Below, one piece after another: positions 20,621 to 31,725 of a DNA stretch of 64,000 bases. Positions within the stretch are counted from its first letter, which is position 1. Every line of letters starts with the position of its first letter. The notes under the pieces are model-generated. The model did no database searches. It had not been told where the DNA came from and was given only the letters and a program-made list of their open reading frames with translations. The stretch is from an uncultured Prevotella sp. (GTDB lineage: Bacteria; Bacteroidota; Bacteroidia; Bacteroidales; Bacteroidaceae): positions 25,716-89,715 of the forward strand of contig CAMNNX010000001.1 in the NCBI GenBank assembly GCA_946546165.1, given 5' to 3'. The translations under genes and the position numbers were made by a program.

Positions 20621-23092
20621 TTAATCTTTCTTCTTGATGAACAGCCTGTAGGCTGCCGGTTGCAGCACATAGGCCAGCACTACGGCCGAAATCATGCCCA
20701 CCAGCGTGGCGAAGCCCACGGAACGGATGGCGGGGTGTACAGCCACCAGCATCGATCCTACGGTGACGATGAGGATGACGGCCGAGAAGAAGATGGCCGT
20801 CTTGTGGTAGGCCAGTTGGCTGTCCTCGCTGGTCAGTCCGCTCATGACGAAGATGCTGTAGTCGACGCCGATGCCGAAGATGAAGGTGGAGATGATGATG
20901 TTGATCAGGTTGAAGCGCACACCGAAGATGACCATGGCTCCGAGCACTACCAGCCAACTGAGCAGGATGGGTGCAAAGCCCAGCAGGGCGTGCTTCCATC
21001 GGAAGTTGAAACTGACCAGTAGCACCACGAAGACGAAGAGCATCGATATCCACTGCAGGATATTGAAGTCGTCGTTCAACTGGTAGAGGGTGTCGGTAGT
21101 ATAATAATAGGTGTCGAGCACCATCAGGTTGGGTTCGCTGGCAATGGCATCGCAGATGCGGATATAGTCGCTCTCGCTGCTGCGCACGGAGTCGTTGGCA
21201 CAGCGTACGGAGGTGAAGCAGAGAAAGTCGCCGCCATAGGACTCCTCCATGAGCGTCGTCAGGTAGCCGTGGGGGATGATGCCGGCCTCGTAGAGCGGCG
21301 ACGGCTCATAGTCGGCAGTGGCAGCCTCGAAGAAGGGTTCGAAGGCATCGGCCACCAGTCCGGCCTGAGGTGCTGTCTGTCTGATGAGCGAACGTACCTT
21401 CTCCAGCCGTTCCTCGGTCCAGTAGGCCTGCCAGGCATCGATGCGCTCCTGCTGTTTGTGCAGCGGCACGAACACCTGGTTGGTGTGGGTGTAGTCTTTC
21501 ACCAGTCCCAGCGTCTGCAGGGAGTCCAGTTTGCGGTCGAGAACGGCGAAACGCTCGATGGCCTCTTCCATCGTCTTGCCTGAACTGGCAAAGTATTTCG
21601 TCTTGTCGCCGGTAAACGTCTTTTCGCGGAGCAGATTCTCCGAGTACATTGTGTTGGGAGCCTCGTAGCCCAGGTTGTGCATGTCGCCGTCGAACTGTGT
21701 GCCGCCCTTTATATAGAAGCCCACGCAGACAGCGATGATGACAAGCAGGATGCCGATGAGCACGCGGTTGCGGTCGAAGGGACAGGCATTCAGACGGTCG
21801 ATGAGCGAGAAGGCCGTGCGGTTGATCTTGTTGCTCTTGGTGTGGAGCATCTGCGGCAGATAGATGAGCGAGAACAGCACGGTGCCCACGATGGCCAGTG
21901 CGGCAAAGAGTCCGAAGTCGCGCAGCAGGTCGGTCTGGATGAAGATGAGTCCCATGAACGAGCCGATGGTGGTGATGCAGCCCAGCATTACGGGCTTCAC
22001 CTGGTCGTGCAGTACTTGCTCCGGGTCGTTCACGTATTTGAAATGAGTCATCACATGGAGCACATAACTGAGGGCCACGCCCAGCACGATGGCTCCGATG
22101 CCCAGGGCGAGCAGTGAGAACTGTCCCTTGATGAAATACATGACGGCCAGTCCGAACAGAGTGCCGAATGCCACGGGCAGCAGCAGCAGCGGAAGGGTGT
22201 TCCAGTTGCGGAAACACAGCATGATGAACAGCAGGACGAGGACCAGCGAACCGATGATGGTGGTGGTCAGGTCGTTCTTGATGACGCTGGAGTTATAGTA
22301 GCCGCTGGCTGGTGTGCCGTGATAACTGATGGTGACATCGGGATGGGTGGTCTTAAACTGCCCGATCAGTTCGTTCATATCCCTGAACAGGGCCGAGCCC
22401 TGACCGGTGTTGGTGGCCGAAAAGCGCGGCGTGATGAAGGCCACGCAGACTGTTGAATCGGGCACGAAGAAGTGATTGTCTAACGTCTGGTAACTGCCTG
22501 CGCCACCCTCAATGAGCGGCTTCATCTGTGCAGCCAGGATGGTGCGCAGACCGATGGGGTCCATCTCGATGAGTTGGGGCATGGCCTCGCCCACGGGACT
22601 CAGCAGGTCGTCATGGTTCTGCTGCATCTGCTGTGTCATGTGGCCGATGGTCAGGAGGGTGTCGATAGCGGCATAGGCCGAGGTGTCGATATAGGCCGGC
22701 AGATGGGCCGACAGTTCGTCGACGGCATCGAACATCAGGTCTTCGGGCAAACGGTAGAAGATGTCCTCGATGACGGTGGTGTCGCGTGCCAACAGTGAGT
22801 CGACAAAGGCATCGCAGGTCTCTGTCAGCAGTGCCACATCGTCGTCGGTGGCATGGGGCTTGTCGATGTTGAAGAGCAGGAAGGTCTTGTCCTTGATGCG
22901 CAGGTCGGCGAAAGCCAGTTTGGTGGTGCCGTCCTCGTTCTTTGACGAGGGCATGAGTTTGTTAATGTCTTCTTCCAGATAAATCTGCGAGGCAAAATAG
23001 CCGAAGAAGGCGAAAAGCAACACCATTGTCGTCCAGCACACCAGGCGGTGGGCACGGAAGAAATGGTAGATGCCGATGAAGAATGCTGTCAT
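20621..23092 (-). CDS. MMPL/RND-family lipid exporter
   Basis: Two blocks of TM helices separated by large periplasmic domains; GIGVDYSIF motif. Start reassigned to MTAFFIG. Confidence 0.88.
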   Translation of the reverse strand: MTAFFIGIYHFFRAHRLVCWTTMVLLFAFFGYFASQIYLEEDINKLMPSSKNEDGTTKLAFADLRIKDKTFLLFNIDKPHATDDDVALLTETCDAFVDSLLARDTTVIEDIFYRLPEDLMFDAVDELSAHLPAYIDTSAYAAIDTLLTIGHMTQQMQQNHDDLLSPVGEAMPQLIEMDPIGLRTILAAQMKPLIEGGAGSYQTLDNHFFVPDSTVCVAFITPRFSATNTGQGSALFRDMNELIGQFKTTHPDVTISYHGTPASGYYNSSVIKNDLTTTIIGSLVLVLLFIMLCFRNWNTLPLLLLPVAFGTLFGLAVMYFIKGQFSLLALGIGAIVLGVALSYVLHVMTHFKYVNDPEQVLHDQVKPVMLGCITTIGSFMGLIFIQTDLLRDFGLFAALAIVGTVLFSLIYLPQMLHTKSNKINRTAFSLIDRLNACPFDRNRVLIGILLVIIAVCVGFYIKGGTQFDGDMHNLGYEAPNTMYSENLLREKTFTGDKTKYFASSGKTMEEAIERFAVLDRKLDSLQTLGLVKDYTHTNQVFVPLHKQQERIDAWQAYWTEERLEKVRSLIRQTAPQAGLVADAFEPFFEAATADYEPSPLYEAGIIPHGYLTTLMEESYGGDFLCFTSVRCANDSVRSSESDYIRICDAIASEPNLMVLDTYYYTTDTLYQLNDDFNILQWISMLFVFVVLLVSFNFRWKHALLGFAPILLSWLVVLGAMVIFGVRFNLINIIISTFIFGIGVDYSIFVMSGLTSEDSQLAYHKTAIFFSAVILIVTVGSMLVAVHPAIRSVGFATLVGMISAVVLAYVLQPAAYRLFIKKKD

Positions 23093-23120
23093 TGAGATGG
23101 AGGTGTGTGGTAGCACTGCG

Positions 23121-23531
23121 TTATTGAATGAAGATCTTGAGGCTGGTACGGGCGATGACTTCGCCGTCGATGGCGGTCTCTCCATCGGCCAGGGTGACGT
23201 TGCCGAAACTCATGCCGAAGGTGATGGTGGTGTGCAGTGTCTCGCCCACCCGTGGCCGCCGTTCGCAGGAGAAGTGCTTCACCTCGCCGATGATGCCGAC
23301 GGGTGCCGCCTCGGCTCCCAGACTCTTGTAACCAGCCAAAGCCGAGGCCGACTGAGCAGTGTGCTCAATCAGTCCCGTCTCTGACAGTTCGTCGCCCCCT
23401 ATGACGAAATAGTTGTCGTAGCGCACCGTCAACGTGGTCTGGCAACTGTCTTCCGTGAAGTCGTCGGCCGTGTCGACCATCATGAACGGATAGCGCTGGG
23501 GGATCAGTTTGAGGATGTCTTTGCCTTTCAT
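23121..23531 (-). CDS. 3-hydroxyacyl-ACP dehydratase (FabA/FabZ hotdog)
   Basis: LIPQRYPFMMVD and GLIEHTAQS motifs. Confidence 0.88.
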   Translation of the reverse strand: MKGKDILKLIPQRYPFMMVDTADDFTEDSCQTTLTVRYDNYFVIGGDELSETGLIEHTAQSASALAGYKSLGAEAAPVGIIGEVKHFSCERRPRVGETLHTTITFGMSFGNVTLADGETAIDGEVIARTSLKIFIQ

Positions 23532-23780
23532 TTACTCTTTGGGCAGGTGCTCCTCGATGTAGTCGTAGAGGTCGTTGAAAGTCTTGATCTTGGGCAGGTC
23601 GCTCACGGGCACCTTGATCTTATAGGTGTACTGGATGATAGCCACCAGGTCGACCAGGCTCAGGCTGTCGAGCGACAGTGTCTCCTTGACATTGTCCTCA
23701 GGAGCAAAGTTGCTGTCCTCTACTTCAAACTCTTCAGCGAGTACGCTGTTCACTTGTTCAATGATTTCTTCTCTTGTCAT
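23532..23780 (-). CDS. Acyl carrier protein
   Basis: 82 aa, acidic; LDSLSLVDL phosphopantetheine Ser motif. Confidence 0.92.
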   Translation of the reverse strand: MTREEIIEQVNSVLAEEFEVEDSNFAPEDNVKETLSLDSLSLVDLVAIIQYTYKIKVPVSDLPKIKTFNDLYDYIEEHLPKE

Positions 23781-23815
23781 AATAAAAATTGAAAAATTAA
23801 AAAATTGAAAAATGG

Positions 23816-25045
23816 TTATTTCTGATATTTCTTCACGATGAGCGTCGAGTTGGTGCCTCCGAAGCCGAACGAGTTTGACAGGAACATGTCGAAGGCCTGC
23901 TCGCGGGTCTCAGGAATGACATTGACGGCTGCCGTCTCCTCGTCGGGATTCTCGAAGTTGATATTGCCGGCGATGAATCCGTTCTGCATCATCAGCATCG
24001 AGTAGATCATCTCGCTGGCACCTGCCATCCACATCTCGTGACCGGTCTGGCTCTTGGTCGACGTGACGGGCACGCGGTAGTCACCGAATATCTGGGCGAT
24101 GGCCAGTGCCTCGCGGCCATCGCCGGCCTTCGTCGAGGTGGCGTGGGCGTTGATATAGCCTATCTGTCGCACGTCGGTGATACCGCTGTTCTTCAGACAG
24201 AGTTCCAGCGAGCGTGCCGGACCGGCCACATTGGGCGTGGAGATATGGTCGCCATTGCCGGAGAAGCCCCAGCCTACCACTTCGGCCAGGATGGGAGCGC
24301 CCCGCTGTATGGCGTGGTCAAGACTCTCGAGGATGACGGTGGCAGCACCGCCTCCGGGCACCAGTCCGTCGCGGTCGCGGTCGAAGGGTCGGCATGCTTT
24401 CGTCGGTTCGTTCTCACGTGTGGAGAAGGCCTGGATGCCGTCGAACGAGGCGACGCTGTACATATTGGCCTCTTGGGCACCACCGCACACCACGCAGTCC
24501 TGCAGACCGTTGCGAATGAGCAGCGAGGCCAGGCCGATGGCCTGTGAACTGCTGGCGCAGGCTGCCGACGAGGTCAGGTTGATGCCGCGCAGCCGGAACA
24601 GGCATGCCAGGTTCATCGTCACTGTCGAGTTCATCGACTGGAAGATGGCACCGCTGCCGCAGGCCGACGTGTCGCCAAACTCACGGAACTTGTCGAGGGC
24701 CTCCATCGTGGCCTGGGCTACCGAGTCGTTGCCGTAGATGATGCCCACCTCGTGCTGGTCGATATAGTCCTGGTCCAGGCGTGCGGCCTCCAGGGCGTCC
24801 TTCGTGGCCATATAGGCATACTGTGCCTCCTCGGGCATGAACTGGCGGGGCCCACGCTTCACAAAGGGCTTCAGGTCGGGCTGCTCCACGTTGGCACAGA
24901 GGGCCGAGCGGAAACCCTTATCCTTGCGCTCCTGGCTGAAGATGATACCACTACGGCCGGTATAGAGCGACTCACGTACTTCTTCAAGTGTCTTACCAAG
25001 GCATGACCAGATGCCCATTCCTGTTATTACAACTCTCTTTTCCAC
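23816..25045 (-). CDS. Beta-ketoacyl-ACP synthase (FabB/FabF type)
   Basis: RVVITGMG, SAACASS (Cys), NAHATST and TGHE (His, His), NSFGFGGTN; GTG start. Confidence 0.93.
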   Translation of the reverse strand: MEKRVVITGMGIWSCLGKTLEEVRESLYTGRSGIIFSQERKDKGFRSALCANVEQPDLKPFVKRGPRQFMPEEAQYAYMATKDALEAARLDQDYIDQHEVGIIYGNDSVAQATMEALDKFREFGDTSACGSGAIFQSMNSTVTMNLACLFRLRGINLTSSAACASSSQAIGLASLLIRNGLQDCVVCGGAQEANMYSVASFDGIQAFSTRENEPTKACRPFDRDRDGLVPGGGAATVILESLDHAIQRGAPILAEVVGWGFSGNGDHISTPNVAGPARSLELCLKNSGITDVRQIGYINAHATSTKAGDGREALAIAQIFGDYRVPVTSTKSQTGHEMWMAGASEMIYSMLMMQNGFIAGNINFENPDEETAAVNVIPETREQAFDMFLSNSFGFGGTNSTLIVKKYQK

Positions 25046-25110
25046 TTTCTTTAGTTCTTTATTTTTTTTGTTCTCTTTATTAATTGTTTCTCTATATTAT
25101 CAATCCTTAA

Positions 25111-26244
25111 TCAAATCGATTTTTTGTAGCAGCGACGGCGCTTTACCGTCTGCGGGTGCAGCGGTTTCCATTGTGACAGTTCCCTGACATTGTCCTCCAG
25201 TTGCGGACCGGTCTCTGCCCATTTGAAGCCCAGTTGGTTGTAGATGGGTATCAGGTCGCTGAAGAACAGCGCGTTGACGCCGAGGCCCTGATAGTCGGGA
25301 CGGACGGCGATAAGCAGCATCTCGGCGTGGTCGGCAGGCTTCCATTTCAGAGCCTTGAGCAGGTGGAACCAGCCGAAGGGTAACAGACGGCCATGCGACT
25401 TGTGCATGGCTTCGGCCAGACTGCCCATGGTGACGGCTGCGCCCACCATCTCGTTCTTGTCATTGAAGACCACGGGCATCAGGCGGTTGTCGAGCAACTT
25501 CAGATAGTGCTTGACGAAGTCGTCGATCTGGTCGTGGGAGAACTCGGAGAAACCGTAGAGTCCGGCATAGGCCTGGTTGAGCAGATGGAAGATTTGCTGT
25601 CCATAGCCATCGTGAGCCACCTGCTTGTCGGTCAGTTTTTCCACACGCAGTCCCAGCATCTGGTGGGCATAGTCTGAGACGCGGGCATACTTGGCAGGCA
25701 CCTCCTTGGGCACCTGCACACGAATCTGCACCCAGTCGACCTCCTTTTGAAACCCCAGACGCTCCAAATGCTGCGGATAGTAGGGCGGGTTGTAGATGGC
25801 TGTCAGCGACCCCTGGAGGTGGAAGTCGTCGATAAGCATCCCCTCCTTGTCGAAATCGGTGATGCCCATGGGCCCGATGATCTCCGTCATCCCTTTCTCG
25901 CGTCCCCAGTCTTCGACGGCTTTGATCAGGGCCTGCGACACAGCAGTGTCGTCGATGAACTCGATGAGGGAGAAGCGCACCTTGCTGGTGTTCCAACGCT
26001 TGTTGGCTTTGCGGTTGACGATGCCCACGATACGCCCCACCACCTCTTTCCCCCTGTAGGCCACGAAAGGCTGGAGGTCGGAGAAGTCCATGCCTGCATT
26101 CTTCTTCTGGTTGAAGTTGGCTCGGATGTCTCTTTCCAGATCGGGAACATATTGCTCACAGTTGCTATAGACCACATCCGCGATGCGGATGAAGTCGCTC
26201 ATCTGTTGCCTGTTCCTTACCTTTACGACGCTGATTCCTTCCAT
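25111..26244 (-). CDS. GNAT-fold N-acetyltransferase-like protein
   Basis: VVGRI.GIVN, GPMGITDFDKEGMLI, YNPPYY, AVRPDYQGLGV acetyl-CoA binding motif. Confidence 0.8.
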   Translation of the reverse strand: MEGISVVKVRNRQQMSDFIRIADVVYSNCEQYVPDLERDIRANFNQKKNAGMDFSDLQPFVAYRGKEVVGRIVGIVNRKANKRWNTSKVRFSLIEFIDDTAVSQALIKAVEDWGREKGMTEIIGPMGITDFDKEGMLIDDFHLQGSLTAIYNPPYYPQHLERLGFQKEVDWVQIRVQVPKEVPAKYARVSDYAHQMLGLRVEKLTDKQVAHDGYGQQIFHLLNQAYAGLYGFSEFSHDQIDDFVKHYLKLLDNRLMPVVFNDKNEMVGAAVTMGSLAEAMHKSHGRLLPFGWFHLLKALKWKPADHAEMLLIAVRPDYQGLGVNALFFSDLIPIYNQLGFKWAETGPQLEDNVRELSQWKPLHPQTVKRRRCYKKSI

Positions 26245-26252
26245 GTGTCTAT

Positions 26253-27149
26253 TTAGATGATGGTTCGATGTTCGGTTCTGTATTTCAAGGGCGTAGTGCC
26301 AGACTGCTCACGGAAGTACTGCCCGAAGAACGACGAGTTGGGGAATCCCAGACGGTTGGAAATTTCCTTGATGCTCAGGCTCGTGTTGCGAAGCAGCGTG
26401 TAGCAGTCTTCCATAACGCTTTCTGTAATCCATTTCGTGGGTGCCTTGCCGCTCACCCTCCGACAGATAGTCGACAGGTGCTTGGGCGTGATGCACAGCG
26501 CATTGGCGTAGTAGCATACAGGCTGGTGCTTCTGCTTCTGTTGCGACAGCAGTTCCAGGAAGTCGTTGAAGATGGCTTTCTCGCGCAGGTTCGACGAGTC
26601 GTCGCACAGCGACATCTTCTCCGTCCGTATCAAGGCCTCGCATATAGTAAGAAGGTACGCACGCAGGAAAGCCATCACCAGTTGTTTGTGCAGATGCAAC
26701 ATGCCACCATCGAAGATACTCTTCGTGTAGTTCTCGAATCCGTATGTCCACTGCTGACCGTCGACCACATAGATCTGCTTGGTGTACATGGCCCTGTTCC
26801 AGATGTTGATTTCGCTGCCCAGCACTGATTTCAAAGCACTGTCGCTGATGATGAGCGCGCCAACCTCGATGTCGGTACTTACCATCATGGGCTGTACCAA
26901 CTTGTTGGCGGGAATGAGCATCAACTGGCCCTTTTTGACAACGACCTGCTGGTTGCCGCCCATTTCGATAATCAGCCGGCCCTCACGGCAGTGTAAGATG
27001 GCGTTGTACTCCGACCTGTAGTTCGAAGCCTTCACGGCATCTTGCAGATTGTCGAGGAAAAACACTTCATTCTCAATGGCTATGATGGGTGCAAAGCCGG
27101 AGTATTTTTCGCCTGTTTCCTGATGGCCCAAAGCGGCTGATGACGTCAT
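26253..27149 (-). CDS. AraC-family transcriptional regulator
   Basis: YYANALCITPKHLS and LSIKEISNRLGFPNSSFFGQYFR..G.TP HTH motifs; TAATTTTG promoter element at 27177-27184 (-). Confidence 0.92.
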   Translation of the reverse strand: MTSSAALGHQETGEKYSGFAPIIAIENEVFFLDNLQDAVKASNYRSEYNAILHCREGRLIIEMGGNQQVVVKKGQLMLIPANKLVQPMMVSTDIEVGALIISDSALKSVLGSEINIWNRAMYTKQIYVVDGQQWTYGFENYTKSIFDGGMLHLHKQLVMAFLRAYLLTICEALIRTEKMSLCDDSSNLREKAIFNDFLELLSQQKQKHQPVCYYANALCITPKHLSTICRRVSGKAPTKWITESVMEDCYTLLRNTSLSIKEISNRLGFPNSSFFGQYFREQSGTTPLKYRTEHRTII

Positions 27150-27405
27150 TATTTAACTTCCTTTTGAAATCGGCTGCAAAATTACACATTTTTATCCGAT
27201 ATTAAGTGTTCTTTTTTTCTTAAAAAATGTTGTATATCGGTTCAATACGGTGTCTGGCGTGGACAAACGCGCTTTTGCTGTGTCGGTGGGCTCCTGTCCA
27301 AACTTTACCCCGCGAGTTAAGTACAGATGAGAAAAAACGCCCGGATTTTTGGATATGTCAAGGAAAAGTCGTACCTTTGTCGGACTTTTTGGAAATAAGG
27401 AACAG

Positions 27406-29511
27406 ATGAAATACGCTTATTTGATGTTTTTTTTATGGCTGTCTGCTAGTATGGCGAATGCCCAGTCGTGGACGGCGGATAATGGCAACGGCACCTTCAC
27501 GAACCCGTTGTTCTATGATGAATTCTCGGATCCTGACGTCATCAGGGTGGGCGACGACTATTATCTGGCAGGGACTACGATGCACGCTGTACCCGGATTG
27601 GTCATTCTGCATTCCAAAGACCTGGTCAACTGGGAGTTCGCCTCCTATTGTTTCGACCGCTTCGACTTCGACGATCCGGCCTTCTCGCTGAGCGGGCCGC
27701 AGGGCAAGAACCGCGGCGAGGTCTATGGTGAGGGCATCTGGGCACCCTGTATCCGCTATGCCAACGGACAGTTCTATGTCTTCTCGAATGTGAACGGGAA
27801 GGGGCTTCAATGCTATACTTCCAAGGATATCCATGGTCCCTGGAAGCATCACAACATGAAAGGGCGCATTTACGACCTGGGCGTGCTCTTCGACGATGAC
27901 GGTAAAATTTACGCTGTCCACGGCTATGGAGAAGTGAAATGCACGGAACTGAAGCCCGACATGAGCGGTCCTGTAGAGGGTACTCAGCGCACCATCATAC
28001 CCGAGGGTAACGGTGTAGGCGAAGGGCACCACATCTACAAGATCGACGGTATGTACTACCTGATTTCTACCGACTATAAACCCAATGGCCGCACACTGTG
28101 CTCTCGCTCGAAGAACATATGGGGGCCTTACGAGACACGTGTCATCACCGCCGACGAGACCTATGGCTATCATGCCGCCTCGCTGACGCAGTGGAAGGGA
28201 CGCATCGTGGCTGACGGCTCCAAGTTCAGTCTCGGTCCTGTGGACAAGGGGGCGACAGCCTGTTCGAATGCCCATCAGGGCGGCATTGTCCAGGCCACTG
28301 ACGGCACGTGGTGGGCACTGTTCATGCAGGACTTCCACAGCATCGGCCGCACCGTCTGTCTGATGCCGATGACGTGGGCCGACGGGTGGCCGATGGTAGG
28401 TCTGGAGGGTAATCTCGGACGCGCCCCCCGCACATGGTTCAAACCCGGCGTACAGGTCGCTGACGGTCAGTCGCCGTCCGCAACGTCGCCCTATGCTCCC
28501 TATGAAAGAAGCGAACGCTTCGACGGCAAACAACTGGGGAACGTGTGGCAGTGGAACCATAATCCCAACGACAAGATGTGGCGGCTGACGCGTGGTCGGC
28601 TGCGTCTGAACACGATGCCTGCCGACCAGTTGATGTGGGCACGTAACTCGCTGACGCAGCGCGTGATAGGACCTAAGAGCATTGTGACGGTGGAACTCTT
28701 TACCAAAGGACTGAAAGACGGTGACGTGTGCGGACTTGGCAATATCAACGTGCCCTGTTCGTGGATTGGCATCGTCAAAGACGGCAAAGCCCTGACCCTG
28801 CGCTGCTTTGAGCAGTTGACCAACGACACGATAGACAGACCGCTCACTTTGCCGCAGCATAAGATATGGCTGCGCATGAGTGGCGACTATGACCGCGATC
28901 AGGCACAGTATGAATATTCTACCGATGGCGTGAACTTCCAGACACTGGGACGCATGATGCCGCTATCTTACCAGTTGGTCACCTTCCAGGGTTCGCGCCA
29001 TGCGCTCTTCGCTTTCAATAAAAACGGCAAGAACGGCGGCTATGCAGAGTTTGACAATTTTACCGTCGAGGAGCCTGAAGCCGACCGCACACAGAATATC
29101 CCTTACGGCAAGACCATCCGCATCGTCAACCTGGCAACAGGCAAGCCCATGTGTGCTACGGCTCACGGGCCTTTGTACGACACAGATGCCAAGAGGTATT
29201 CGAAAGATACTCGTTTCCGGCTGATAGACAAAGGACAGGGACAAGTCATCCTTCAGTGCGAGGACGGCCGCTATGTGTGGGTGTCAGGCATCGGACTGCC
29301 TGGCGATGTCGGTCTGACCAAGGATGTCTCGAAAGCCGAGGTGTTCCTCTGGCAGGACTATCTGTCGCACGAATTTATGCTGATGTCTATGCGTACACAT
29401 CTGTATATTGGCAAGAGTCCCACCACGGGCAGTCCCTACTCGATGGACTACAAGGGAGCGGACCCTGCCAGGAAAAATGGCGCTGTGCTGCGCTGGGAGG
29501 AGGTCAAGTAG
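27406..29511 (+). CDS. Glycoside hydrolase family 43 (xylosidase/arabinofuranosidase-like) with C-terminal accessory domains
   Basis: Signal peptide; NPLFYDEFSDPDVIRVGDDYY, GIWAP, EGHHIYK, HQGG; TACCTTTG promoter element at 27372-27379. Confidence 0.92.
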   Translation: MKYAYLMFFLWLSASMANAQSWTADNGNGTFTNPLFYDEFSDPDVIRVGDDYYLAGTTMHAVPGLVILHSKDLVNWEFASYCFDRFDFDDPAFSLSGPQGKNRGEVYGEGIWAPCIRYANGQFYVFSNVNGKGLQCYTSKDIHGPWKHHNMKGRIYDLGVLFDDDGKIYAVHGYGEVKCTELKPDMSGPVEGTQRTIIPEGNGVGEGHHIYKIDGMYYLISTDYKPNGRTLCSRSKNIWGPYETRVITADETYGYHAASLTQWKGRIVADGSKFSLGPVDKGATACSNAHQGGIVQATDGTWWALFMQDFHSIGRTVCLMPMTWADGWPMVGLEGNLGRAPRTWFKPGVQVADGQSPSATSPYAPYERSERFDGKQLGNVWQWNHNPNDKMWRLTRGRLRLNTMPADQLMWARNSLTQRVIGPKSIVTVELFTKGLKDGDVCGLGNINVPCSWIGIVKDGKALTLRCFEQLTNDTIDRPLTLPQHKIWLRMSGDYDRDQAQYEYSTDGVNFQTLGRMMPLSYQLVTFQGSRHALFAFNKNGKNGGYAEFDNFTVEEPEADRTQNIPYGKTIRIVNLATGKPMCATAHGPLYDTDAKRYSKDTRFRLIDKGQGQVILQCEDGRYVWVSGIGLPGDVGLTKDVSKAEVFLWQDYLSHEFMLMSMRTHLYIGKSPTTGSPYSMDYKGADPARKNGAVLRWEEVK

Positions 29512-29513
29512 CG

Positions 29514-31529
<2,016 letters not shown>

Positions 31530-31560
31530 AAAAATGAAAAATTGAAAAGGTAAATAACAA

Positions 31561-31724
31561 GACCCTCCTAAATCCTCCCTGCTTAGGGACCCTCCTAAAT
31601 CCTCCCTGCTTAGGGAGGACTTGACTTCCCCCTAAACAGGGGGACTGAGGGGGTCGAAACAGGGGGACTGAGGGGGTCAAAACTTATAATAAACATCAAA
31701 TACAAAACTTATAATAAACATCAA
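31561..31724. repeat. REP-like GC hairpins with three adjacent short tandem duplications
   Basis: 27-mer at 31561/31588, 22-mer at 31634/31657, 22-mer at 31678/31703; hairpins TCCTCCCT-gctt-AGGGAGGA and TCCCCCT-aaac-AGGGGGA. Confidence 0.85.
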
Positions 31725-31725
31725 T

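Noticed and set aside
14750-27149. Complete aryl polyene, flexirubin or carotenoid cluster
   Set aside because: No KS/CLF pair, aromatic starter enzymes, dialkylresorcinol genes or phytoene synthase in the window.
29151-29513. N-terminal extension of the ABC-F ORF (similar extensions on ligA, MMPL, the RsiV-like gene and the TonB receptor)
   Set aside because: The extensions overlap neighbouring genes or lie upstream of the promoter element; downstream ATGs give family-typical N-termini.
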